Shown here piece after piece: positions 31,229 to 38,941 of a stretch of 50,555 nt of DNA (within the stretch, counting starts at the first letter, position 1; each line of letters begins with the position of its first letter). The stretch is taken from assembly GCA_036128775.1 (NCBI GenBank), contig JAYYPZ010000116.1, positions 1 to 50,555 of the forward strand, in the 5' to 3' direction. The notes beneath the pieces were generated by a model, which was given only the letters and a program-made list of their open reading frames with translations, ran no database searches and was not told the origin of the DNA. Origin of the DNA: Bacteroidota bacterium (GTDB lineage Bacteria > Bacteroidota > Bacteroidia > Chitinophagales > UBA8649). The translations under genes and the position numbers were made by a program.

Positions 31229-32682
31229 TATTCAACATTTAAATAAGAGATTAAACCATGTAGCCCGCCTTCTCTGCCAAACCCACTCTCTTTATATCCT
31301 CCAAAAGGAGAAGTCGAGTCAAACTTGTTATATGTGTTGGCCCAAACTACTCCTGCATTTAATTCTTGTGTAAGCTTAAATATTTTAGCTCCTTTCTCCG
31401 TCCAAACCCCAGCTGACAAACCAAAGGGTGTATTGTTTGCCTTCTCAATGACCTCATCAATTGTGCGAAACGTCTGAATGGCCAAAACGGGACCAAATAT
31501 CTCTTCCTGAACGATGGTATGCGATTGAGAAACATTTAGAAACAATGTTGGCGGACACCAGTTTCCTTTACTTGGAAGATTGCAAGCGGGCTGATAAATC
31601 TCACCGCCTTCTTCCTTACCTACTTTGATGTACTTATTAATTGTTTCTAATTGCTCCTTGGAATTGATCGCTCCAATGTCCGTGTTCTTGTCTAACGGGT
31701 CGCCAACAATTAAAGAAGACATTCTGTCTTTTAACTTATCAATTACACTACCCGCAACACTTTCTTGTACAAACAATCGCGATCCTGCACAACAGACATG
31801 TCCTTGGTTAAAAAAGATAGCATTGATAATTCCTTCAACTGCTTGGTCTATCGCCGCATCTTCGAAAATGATGTTCGCCCCTTTACCCCCAAGTTCGAGC
31901 GTCGATTTCTTTTGAGTCCCTACAATACTGTTTTGAATCAACTTACCGACCTGAGTAGAACCGGTAAAGGCAATTTTATCAATATCCGGATGGTTGACGA
32001 TCTCTGATCCTGTTTTCCCTGCTCCTGTTACAATATTCACTACTCCCTTAGGAAGACCGCTCTCCTGAATAACTTCAGCAAGCTTAAGCGCTGTCAAAGA
32101 AGTCGTCTCAGCCGGTTTTAAGACAACTGTATTACCACAAGCAATAGCTGGAGCAATTTTCCATGCTGCCATCAAAAGAGGAAAGTTCCAAGGGATAATC
32201 TGACCTGCAACGCCTATAGGTTTTGGGGTTTTGTTTGGAAAAGCATATTCCAATTTATCCGCCCAGCCGGCATAATAGAAGAAATGACTTGCCGCTAGAG
32301 GAATATCAACATCTCTCGATTCTCGAATAGGCTTGCCTCCATCAATACTTTCGATTATCGCAAACTCTTTTGCTCTCTCTTGAATCATTCGAGCAATTCG
32401 AAAAATGTATTTTGCTCTTTCTTTTGGCTCGATTTTCGACCAACTTGTAAACGCCTTTCTGGCCGATGCTACGGCTAAGTCCACATCTTTCTTGTTCGCC
32501 TCTGAAATACTTGCAATAACCTCTCCTGTGGCTGGGTTTATCGACTTAAAGTATTTCTTAGAATCTGGCTTTATGAATTCTCCATTTATGAATAAGTCAT
32601 ATTGTTCTTTTAACACAATGTGATCTGTATTCTCTGGAGCACTAGCATAACTCCAACTGCTATTTTGACTTGTCTCACTCAT
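31228..32682 (-). CDS. Aldehyde dehydrogenase
   Basis: PWNFPL, LKPAE, FTGST, LELGGK, NQGHVCCAGSR, EEIFGP, PFGGYKESG. Confidence 0.95.
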   Translation of the reverse strand: MSETSQNSSWSYASAPENTDHIVLKEQYDLFINGEFIKPDSKKYFKSINPATGEVIASISEANKKDVDLAVASARKAFTSWSKIEPKERAKYIFRIARMIQERAKEFAIIESIDGGKPIRESRDVDIPLAASHFFYYAGWADKLEYAFPNKTPKPIGVAGQIIPWNFPLLMAAWKIAPAIACGNTVVLKPAETTSLTALKLAEVIQESGLPKGVVNIVTGAGKTGSEIVNHPDIDKIAFTGSTQVGKLIQNSIVGTQKKSTLELGGKGANIIFEDAAIDQAVEGIINAIFFNQGHVCCAGSRLFVQESVAGSVIDKLKDRMSSLIVGDPLDKNTDIGAINSKEQLETINKYIKVGKEEGGEIYQPACNLPSKGNWCPPTLFLNVSQSHTIVQEEIFGPVLAIQTFRTIDEVIEKANNTPFGLSAGVWTEKGAKIFKLTQELNAGVVWANTYNKFDSTSPFGGYKESGFGREGGLHGLISYLNVE

Positions 32683-32684
32683 AA

Positions 32685-33584
32685 CTAGTCTTTTGAAAAA
32701 TAATCTACTGATTGATAAATTCCACTTTCTTGCTTCTCAAGTTGCATCAGAACATCATTGGCTAAACTACTTGCGCCAAACCTAAACAAATCTTTGTTCA
32801 TCCACTCATCCCCCAACGTTTCATTGAGCATCACCAGGTATTGTAAGGCAATTTTAGCTGTGGAAATACCTCCTGCGGGTTTCATCCCTATTTTTATACC
32901 TGTCGCCTTATGGTAATCCTTGATCGCATTTAACATAACGAAGGTTACCGGCATGGTTGATGCAGGACTAATCTTTCCAGTAGAAGTTTTGATAAAGTCC
33001 GCTCCGGCATACATCGCAATATCACTAGCCTTTCGAACATTATCTAATGTATCCAACTCGCCTGTTTCTAAAATGACCTTTAAATGGGCTTTACCACAGA
33101 CTTCTTTAACGGCTGCAATTTCGTCATAGACAAAATTGTATTCCCCAGACAAAAACTTTCCTCTTGAAATGACCATATCGACCTCATCAGCACCTTCCTC
33201 TACAGCAAACTTGGTATCTGAAAGTTTTACTTCAAGTGTGGATTGACCGCTTGGGAATGCTGTGGATACCGAAGCGACATTAATACCGCTTCCTTCAAGT
33301 TCCTTTTTAGCAACTCGTACAAAATTTGGATAGACGCAGACCGCGGCAACATTAGGTAGGCCTTCCAAAGAGCTGTGTAAATGACCTGCCTTATAACACA
33401 AGCGTTTTACTTTCTCTTCAGTGTCCTTCCCTTCTAGTGTCGTCAAATCGATCATGCTTAACGCAAGGTGCAGCCCCTGCTTCTTTGCTGCATTCTTTAT
33501 GCTTCTTTTGCAAAAACGATTCACTCGTTCTTCTACACCCAACTTGTCAATCGCAGGGATTTTTGATAAATCTGGAAAACTCAA
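32685..33584 (-). CDS. deoC: Deoxyribose-phosphate aldolase (long type)
   Basis: IDLTTLEG, AAVCVYP, EVDMVI, LKVILETGEL, FIKTSTGK, KPAGGI, RFGASSL; TTG start. Confidence 0.95.
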   Translation of the reverse strand: MSFPDLSKIPAIDKLGVEERVNRFCKRSIKNAAKKQGLHLALSMIDLTTLEGKDTEEKVKRLCYKAGHLHSSLEGLPNVAAVCVYPNFVRVAKKELEGSGINVASVSTAFPSGQSTLEVKLSDTKFAVEEGADEVDMVISRGKFLSGEYNFVYDEIAAVKEVCGKAHLKVILETGELDTLDNVRKASDIAMYAGADFIKTSTGKISPASTMPVTFVMLNAIKDYHKATGIKIGMKPAGGISTAKIALQYLVMLNETLGDEWMNKDLFRFGASSLANDVLMQLEKQESGIYQSVDYFSKD

Positions 33585-33607
33585 ATCAATCTAATTTTTA
33601 TACGATA

Positions 33608-33615
33608 CAAATATA
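33608..33615 (-). promoter_or_regulatory. -7 promoter element of the deoC operon
   Basis: TATATTTG on the minus strand, 23 bp upstream of the deoC start. Confidence 0.6.
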
Positions 33616-33677
33616 AAATTCCATTTAAGGAGGATTCTGCCATTCCGCTACAAACTCATCTGTTTCAGAGCAAAAAC

Positions 33678-34865
33678 TTACTTAAGAACCACTTTTTGCT
33701 CTGCTGACCCATTTTCGTAGATATAAATCAATGGTTGACTTACAGGTGTAGATTCCCTTCCATAAAAATCAACAACACGTAAGAGCCTCTTTGGATATAA
33801 TGGGTTTTCCAAGTTGGTCGCCGTCGTATCACAGTTTGGCAAACTCCCCACAGATTCAAAAAGCTGCCCATCCGATACTGACCAATTTTCCCAAGTTCCT
33901 CCATATCCGTTATCCCATGTATTAAGGTCAAAGGAATTCTCACCATTGGATGTCCCTTTTACTTTGTAAACCGTTAAAGCCAAACCCAATTTGTCCCATG
34001 TCAACGGAACATTAGCCGATACAGTTTCTGGAATGTTGTCTACTACCTCACAATTCCTTTGTATGAAGTACGCATTGTCATCATAGGTCGGGAATCCACC
34101 ATATATATGGGCCATTCCTGTATTGTCGATACACACAGCCGTATACTCATCACAGGCAATTCCTTTAGCATCTGATCCATAGTCCGTAAGCATCCTCGCC
34201 AAAAACACTACATGTCTGCCTTTTCTATCAGGGGCATCATAGTGAGTATCTGTAATCACATCGCGCAATACATCCACCTCTAGAAACCGAGCCGAATCGA
34301 TAGTAACGTTACTATCAAAGGGATTATCTAAGGCAGTAGATGAAGTAACCGTGCCATTTTGAGCCGAAAAATAGTATTCTCCCATAATGGCCATACCTGC
34401 ACTTGTTCCACCAAGTACAACATTTCGAGTACGTACAACTTGTCGTATTAAGCTATCGATAGCTGTATTTCTCCAATAGGATACATAGTTCCATTGATCT
34501 CCTCCCGCAAACCAAATAGCTTCTGCCTGTAAGATTCTTGTATGGATATACGAATCGCTTGAAGCATTAGCATTGTTAAAGACTATACTTTCCACTGAAT
34601 TCACATTTACTCCCAAGTCATTATAGAGATATTGATTATAGCCATCTGAACCACTTGCTCTCAACACTAAGACGTCTCCTCCATTGGCTTGTTCTAAAAA
34701 CCATTGCATGGCGTTATCATCCTCTGTAGCCCCTCCCATTAGGCAAACCCCACCCAAGGGTGAAGTAACCGTATCTTCTGTTGAACCAGTAAAATATGAG
34801 GTGTAGTCCTGGCTACTAGCCGTAACTACCAAAAGAGAGAAAACTATTGTGAAAAGCTTTTGCAT
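33678..34865 (-). CDS. Secreted cyanophycinase-like peptidase (S51) with short atypical T9SS-like tail
   Basis: LMGG, AGGDQW, GTSAG (nucleophile Ser), DTHY...RKGRH, DEYTA; tail VDFYGRES...QPLIYIYENGSAEQKVVLK. Start could also be 34880. Confidence 0.82.
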   Translation of the reverse strand: MQKLFTIVFSLLVVTASSQDYTSYFTGSTEDTVTSPLGGVCLMGGATEDDNAMQWFLEQANGGDVLVLRASGSDGYNQYLYNDLGVNVNSVESIVFNNANASSDSYIHTRILQAEAIWFAGGDQWNYVSYWRNTAIDSLIRQVVRTRNVVLGGTSAGMAIMGEYYFSAQNGTVTSSTALDNPFDSNVTIDSARFLEVDVLRDVITDTHYDAPDRKGRHVVFLARMLTDYGSDAKGIACDEYTAVCIDNTGMAHIYGGFPTYDDNAYFIQRNCEVVDNIPETVSANVPLTWDKLGLALTVYKVKGTSNGENSFDLNTWDNGYGGTWENWSVSDGQLFESVGSLPNCDTTATNLENPLYPKRLLRVVDFYGRESTPVSQPLIYIYENGSAEQKVVLK

Positions 34866-34951
34866 GGTAATGTTGTTCATAGTTTGGCACAAGTCCTATC
34901 CGTAATGAAAGGTAACGGATATAATCTCAACTAATGAGTGTTATGCACTCT

Positions 34952-35896
34952 TTATTCAAGAACTGACTGGCCATCTGTTTTACAATCAAACTCCGTACTC
35001 GTAATCCCAAGAAAATCAAGTACAGTCGGAGCAATATCGGTCATATTGCTTTCATTATTTACTTTAAATGGTAAGGATGGATGTTCGGCAATAAAGATGG
35101 TTTCTCGGATGTGGATGTTGTTATAATCACCATGACCATCACCATCACCACCATGATCAGACACAACGATACATAACCAATTTTCACCAGCCAATCTTTT
35201 AGAATCAATAATACCTACCAAGCTGTCTACATACGAATCAAGAATACTAAGCGACGCTCTATATTCCGAGATATTGGAAGAAAATCCAAAACTATGCCCC
35301 GCAGCATCAAGCTGATCAAAATGCAGAAACAGAACATCTGCACTGAGGGGATCATTGTTTAAAAGCAAGTTGCTAGCTTCTTGCAAGACCAGGGAGTCAT
35401 TAAGTTGACTATTTATACTGAAGTCAACATCTTGAGATAAGGCATATTGGTTGATCGGAAGCCAGTTTACAATAGAGCTTGTATTCAATGAATCTGCATG
35501 ACGCTCTATATAGTTAAAAAGTGTTGGAAAGACATGAAAGCCCCTTCCATCAAAACTGTTGTCGGTAACATTATGCTTATCGTAATGCACCCCTGTCAGT
35601 ATACTCGACCAATTGGGACCACTGTAGGTATCTTCTTCCGTAAGATGCGATAGGTTGACGTAGGCATTTCTTTGCGAAAGCGCATAGAGAAACGGTGTAG
35701 TCTCCTGTGTCAACGCATCACTTCGAAACCCATCAATACCTATGATAATCACCTTGTTATTAAGTTTTGAGCTATCGATCATCACAGAATGCTCTAAGGC
35801 ATCACATTCAGAAGAAACAGCGTCATTCTCACAGTGGTAGAATGACAATACCGATAGCATTAAAAGGCATAAGTAATCGATGGAAAGCTTTTTCAT
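34952..35896 (-). CDS. Alkaline phosphatase superfamily / nucleotide pyrophosphatase-type protein (probable lipoprotein)
   Basis: IGIDGFRSD, TYSGPNWSSILTG, DQLDAAGH, SDHGG, DIAPTVLDFLG. Confidence 0.85.
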   Translation of the reverse strand: MKKLSIDYLCLLMLSVLSFYHCENDAVSSECDALEHSVMIDSSKLNNKVIIIGIDGFRSDALTQETTPFLYALSQRNAYVNLSHLTEEDTYSGPNWSSILTGVHYDKHNVTDNSFDGRGFHVFPTLFNYIERHADSLNTSSIVNWLPINQYALSQDVDFSINSQLNDSLVLQEASNLLLNNDPLSADVLFLHFDQLDAAGHSFGFSSNISEYRASLSILDSYVDSLVGIIDSKRLAGENWLCIVVSDHGGDGDGHGDYNNIHIRETIFIAEHPSLPFKVNNESNMTDIAPTVLDFLGITSTEFDCKTDGQSVLE

Positions 35897-35987
35897 AAAG
35901 GAAAGGATTGGTCTAAAGATAGCTTTTAGAGACGGAGACATATACTATGTTGTATTATTTTAAGCGTTAGAACAGACGATTATTCCT

Positions 35988-36722
35988 ATGAAACCTATTC
36001 ACCTTCTTTTACTTGCACTACTGACCCTCGCTGTACAATGCAGTACGGATGATGATACAAACAACGGGAACGAAGGAGACTATGAGAGCTATCGGTATCC
36101 TCTGTGGACAGGGCTAATCGACTTAGGCTATAGCGTGGATTTTGTTGGAGATCAAGTGGATGAGGGAAGCTATGCTGATTATAATGGCCAACCCTTTGAC
36201 CGTGATCATGCAGGTATTGGAGGAATTGAGACAAGTGGGGTGCTCGAGCGACTCGATGAGATTGTAGCAGCCTCGGCTACACCAGATATCATCTTACTTG
36301 GCATTGGAGGAAACGATTTAACCGATGGTCAACAACCAGTTTCTACAGTGGTCGACAACATTGAGGTAATCATTATGGAATTGCGAGCAAGCTATCCAGA
36401 CGTTGAATTTTTGGTGGAACGGATTGCCCCAGCATCCGAATCTTTTATGACAGCAGAACTCAGCGACACCCTCCAATCTTTTTACCAAGAACTCGAAAGT
36501 CTTGTTACCAATCTATCCACTCCTCAGTCAGAAGTTGTGTTGGTTGATATGTCTACAGACTTTATCGAAAACTACTTTGCAGATGCTACGCATTACAATC
36601 AAGAAGGGGCAACATTTGTTGCAAATCAATATAAAGACGCTATTGTCCAGTTGATTCCTGCACCTCAGTCGATTACGCTTCTGCCGATTGGAGACTCTCG
36701 AGTAGAAGGCGCGCGATACTAA
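35988..36722 (+). CDS. SGNH/GDSL hydrolase lipoprotein, circularly permuted
   Basis: Lipobox AVQC; block II (HAGIGG), III (GIGGND) and V (DATHYN) come first; block I ITLLPIGDSRVEG is at the extreme C-terminus. Confidence 0.8.
   Translation: MKPIHLLLLALLTLAVQCSTDDDTNNGNEGDYESYRYPLWTGLIDLGYSVDFVGDQVDEGSYADYNGQPFDRDHAGIGGIETSGVLERLDEIVAASATPDIILLGIGGNDLTDGQQPVSTVVDNIEVIIMELRASYPDVEFLVERIAPASESFMTAELSDTLQSFYQELESLVTNLSTPQSEVVLVDMSTDFIENYFADATHYNQEGATFVANQYKDAIVQLIPAPQSITLLPIGDSRVEGARY
36459..36509 (+). repeat. Copy 1 of a 51-bp direct repeat (inside the SGNH gene)
   Basis: CTCAGCGACACCCTCCAATCTTTTTACCAAGAACTCGAAAGTCTTGTTACC; 48/51 identical to 37922-37972. Confidence 0.9.
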
Positions 36723-36731
36723 AGACAGTCT

Positions 36732-37880
36732 TTACTCTAAGAGGTAGGGCAAGGTCACATCACCCTCGTTGTGCAATACCTTAACGAAGTAGAGCCCTGT
36801 TGGTTGAACCATAGAAAGCGCTAGATTTCTTCCTTGGCCTACCTCAGAAGCCACTTGCTTACCCAAAAGATTATACACTTCTATTTGAAGGATGGACTGA
36901 GTGGAATGTACTGTAAAGGTTCCATTACTTGGATTAGGCTGCAAGGAAACTTTAGGTAAAGTAAGCGACGAAATCGAAGTAGATATAGTATCACATTCAA
37001 TCAAACCATTCATATTATATTTTGAAACAAAATTCCATACCTCAGATGTGGCATTAATATCTTGATTTGTAAAAGGTGAAAGTGGAGAAGGCCAATCATG
37101 TCCTCCGCCAGTTATTTTTAATTCTTCAACCGAAACACAGCCATCACCGTTGATCCATGAATAACGTTCAACAGAGCTTCCATCTGCTGTATTTATATCA
37201 GGAATTGGAGTTATAATTGGCAGGGCATCAGTATTATTATTGACTGCCCAAAAACTATCGATGGCAGCTACTGAGAAATATCCCCAACCATTTTGATCAT
37301 CGTATGGGTGAGTCCCATCCTCTGTTCCATTAATACTTTGTACAGCCGTTGGATGGTAAATATCACAAGATGAGAATGCGCCGAAAAAGGCCGCGCCAGC
37401 TACAGATGAAATTGCTGTTATTTTGTTATTTAACTGACATGCAAGTTCATATGAAAACATCCCACCAAGAGAATATCCACAAGCATAAATTCTCTCGGTA
37501 TCAATACTGTAATTAGTACTAATATCATCAATTAGAGCTTCAACAAAAAATATATCCTTGTGATCTGTTGGATCTTTGTGCAACCAATTTGTAGAATTTC
37601 CATCATTTGGGTCTTCTAGTGCCTGCGGATAAACAAGAATAAATCCAGCAGTATCTGAAATAGATCTAAAGTCTGCTTCATTATTCATAAAATCGTCAGC
37701 AAAACCAGAGCCTCCATGAAATGCTAACAATACGGGCACCGGGTTGTTTACGGAATAGCTTTGGGGTATATAGATTATATATTCTCTGTCATTGCCATCG
37801 TAGTTGATACTTTCCAAAGACTGTTGTTGTGAGAGCCCGATTAATGGAACAAACAACATTATGTTTATCATTCTTCTCAT
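36732..37880 (-). CDS. Secreted PHB-depolymerase/LpqC family esterase with T9SS type A CTD
   Basis: PVLLAFHGG, LVYPQ, GYSLGG, GGGHDWP; QPNPSNG...TGLYFVKV tail. Confidence 0.85.
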   Translation of the reverse strand: MRRMINIMLFVPLIGLSQQQSLESINYDGNDREYIIYIPQSYSVNNPVPVLLAFHGGSGFADDFMNNEADFRSISDTAGFILVYPQALEDPNDGNSTNWLHKDPTDHKDIFFVEALIDDISTNYSIDTERIYACGYSLGGMFSYELACQLNNKITAISSVAGAAFFGAFSSCDIYHPTAVQSINGTEDGTHPYDDQNGWGYFSVAAIDSFWAVNNNTDALPIITPIPDINTADGSSVERYSWINGDGCVSVEELKITGGGHDWPSPLSPFTNQDINATSEVWNFVSKYNMNGLIECDTISTSISSLTLPKVSLQPNPSNGTFTVHSTQSILQIEVYNLLGKQVASEVGQGRNLALSMVQPTGLYFVKVLHNEGDVTLPYLLE

Positions 37881-37921
37881 AAATGAAGTTTTTGTACTTC
37901 TCTAAAATAAAAAAAAAGGCT

Positions 37922-37972
37922 CTGAGCGACACCCTTCAATCCTTTTACCAAGAACTCGAAAGTCTTGTTACC
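37922..37972 (+). repeat. Copy 2 of the 51-bp direct repeat (remnant of a divergent SGNH allele)
   Basis: CTGAGCGACACCCTTCAATCCTTTTACCAAGAACTCGAAAGTCTTGTTACC; three differences from copy 1, all synonymous in the SGNH frame. Confidence 0.9.
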
Positions 37973-38061
37973 GTGACAGGCATATTCAACGCCAGATTCT
38001 GAGCAGAAGCCAGTGAGAAAAACGCTGAAAAAACAAAAAATAGTAAGGATTTGAAAGTCAT
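37945..38061 (-). pseudogene. Truncated secreted-protein gene (signal peptide plus start of an F5/8-type-C/CBM32-like domain)
   Basis: MTFKSLLFFVFSAFFSLASAQNLALNMPVTV, then runs into the antisense SGNH fragment and stops (TRLSSSW*). Confidence 0.7.
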
Positions 38062-38161
38062 GGGTCGTTTTCTAGGCGAAGGGAAGATATTATCTTTTTC
38101 CAATTGATATGATCATCTGAGCCGATAGTTTCCCTGTGTACGAAGTAATTCTTCAATAAAT

Positions 38162-38169
38162 TACATTTG
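38162..38169 (+). promoter_or_regulatory. Candidate -7 promoter element for the nitroreductase
   Basis: TACATTTG matches TAnnTTTG. Confidence 0.45.
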
Positions 38170-38260
38170 ACTTAAGTCAACCACATGAAGGCAAATTCCT
38201 TTAAACTCTTCTGATTAACCATTGTTATCTGAAAGACAATCCTTACAAATTGCAAACACT

Positions 38261-38887
38261 ATGACTGATTTCTTTAATGCCCTTCACAAACGACATGCTA
38301 CAAAGCATTTTGACGCAGCACTAACTGTTGATGCAAAGGATATTGAAAGAATAAAGGAAAGTGTTCGGCTAAGTCCCTCAAGTTACAACCTAATGCCTTG
38401 CAGAGTTATTGATGTGCAAGACAAAGAAGTTCGCCGCGAACTAAAGGCAGCTTCCTTCAATCAAGGCCAGATAACGGATGCCTCTCATCTCTTTGTGTTT
38501 TGCTCGTTAAATGAATTATCCTCAGAATATATCCAACGAATCAACCATTTACGTGAGGAGATAGAAGGAAAGGAAAAAGATCATTACAAAGGGTATGTTG
38601 AGTTCTTACAAGACATGACAGGAAAGAAGTCTCAGGATGAGCTCGTGCATTGGAATGCCAAACAAACCTACATAGCGCTTGGCTTTGCTATGATGGCCTG
38701 CGCCAGTCTATCCATCGATTCATGTCCTATTGAAGGATTTGATGCAGTTAAGTACAGCGAAATTCTTAAACTATCCGACAAAGGTCTAACACCAAATGTG
38801 GTTCTTGCCATTGGGTATGCTCAGGACGAGGGGCAACGACATCCTAAAATTCGATTGGACACTTCAGATTTTTTTCTTGACATCTAA
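38261..38887 (+). CDS. NAD(P)H-dependent nitroreductase (NfsB-like)
   Basis: RHATKHFD, LSPSSYNL, NQGQITDASHL, KQTYIALG, DSCPIEGFD, AIGY, KIRL. Confidence 0.9.
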   Translation: MTDFFNALHKRHATKHFDAALTVDAKDIERIKESVRLSPSSYNLMPCRVIDVQDKEVRRELKAASFNQGQITDASHLFVFCSLNELSSEYIQRINHLREEIEGKEKDHYKGYVEFLQDMTGKKSQDELVHWNAKQTYIALGFAMMACASLSIDSCPIEGFDAVKYSEILKLSDKGLTPNVVLAIGYAQDEGQRHPKIRLDTSDFFLDI

Positions 38888-38941
38888 ATCCGAGAATTCT
38901 CATTTTATCAAACCAAGGGCAGTACCTTACGATAAATCCTT

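Noticed and set aside
35938-35966. dif/Xer-like site between the phosphatase and SGNH genes
   Set aside because: Only a loose TTATTTTAAG resemblance to the XerD arm, no XerC arm and no second copy; better explained as divergent promoters.
36459-37972. 51-bp repeat pair as a DGR template/variable repeat or a CRISPR unit
   Set aside because: Differences are not adenine-specific, there is no reverse transcriptase, and there are only two copies with no array or cas genes.
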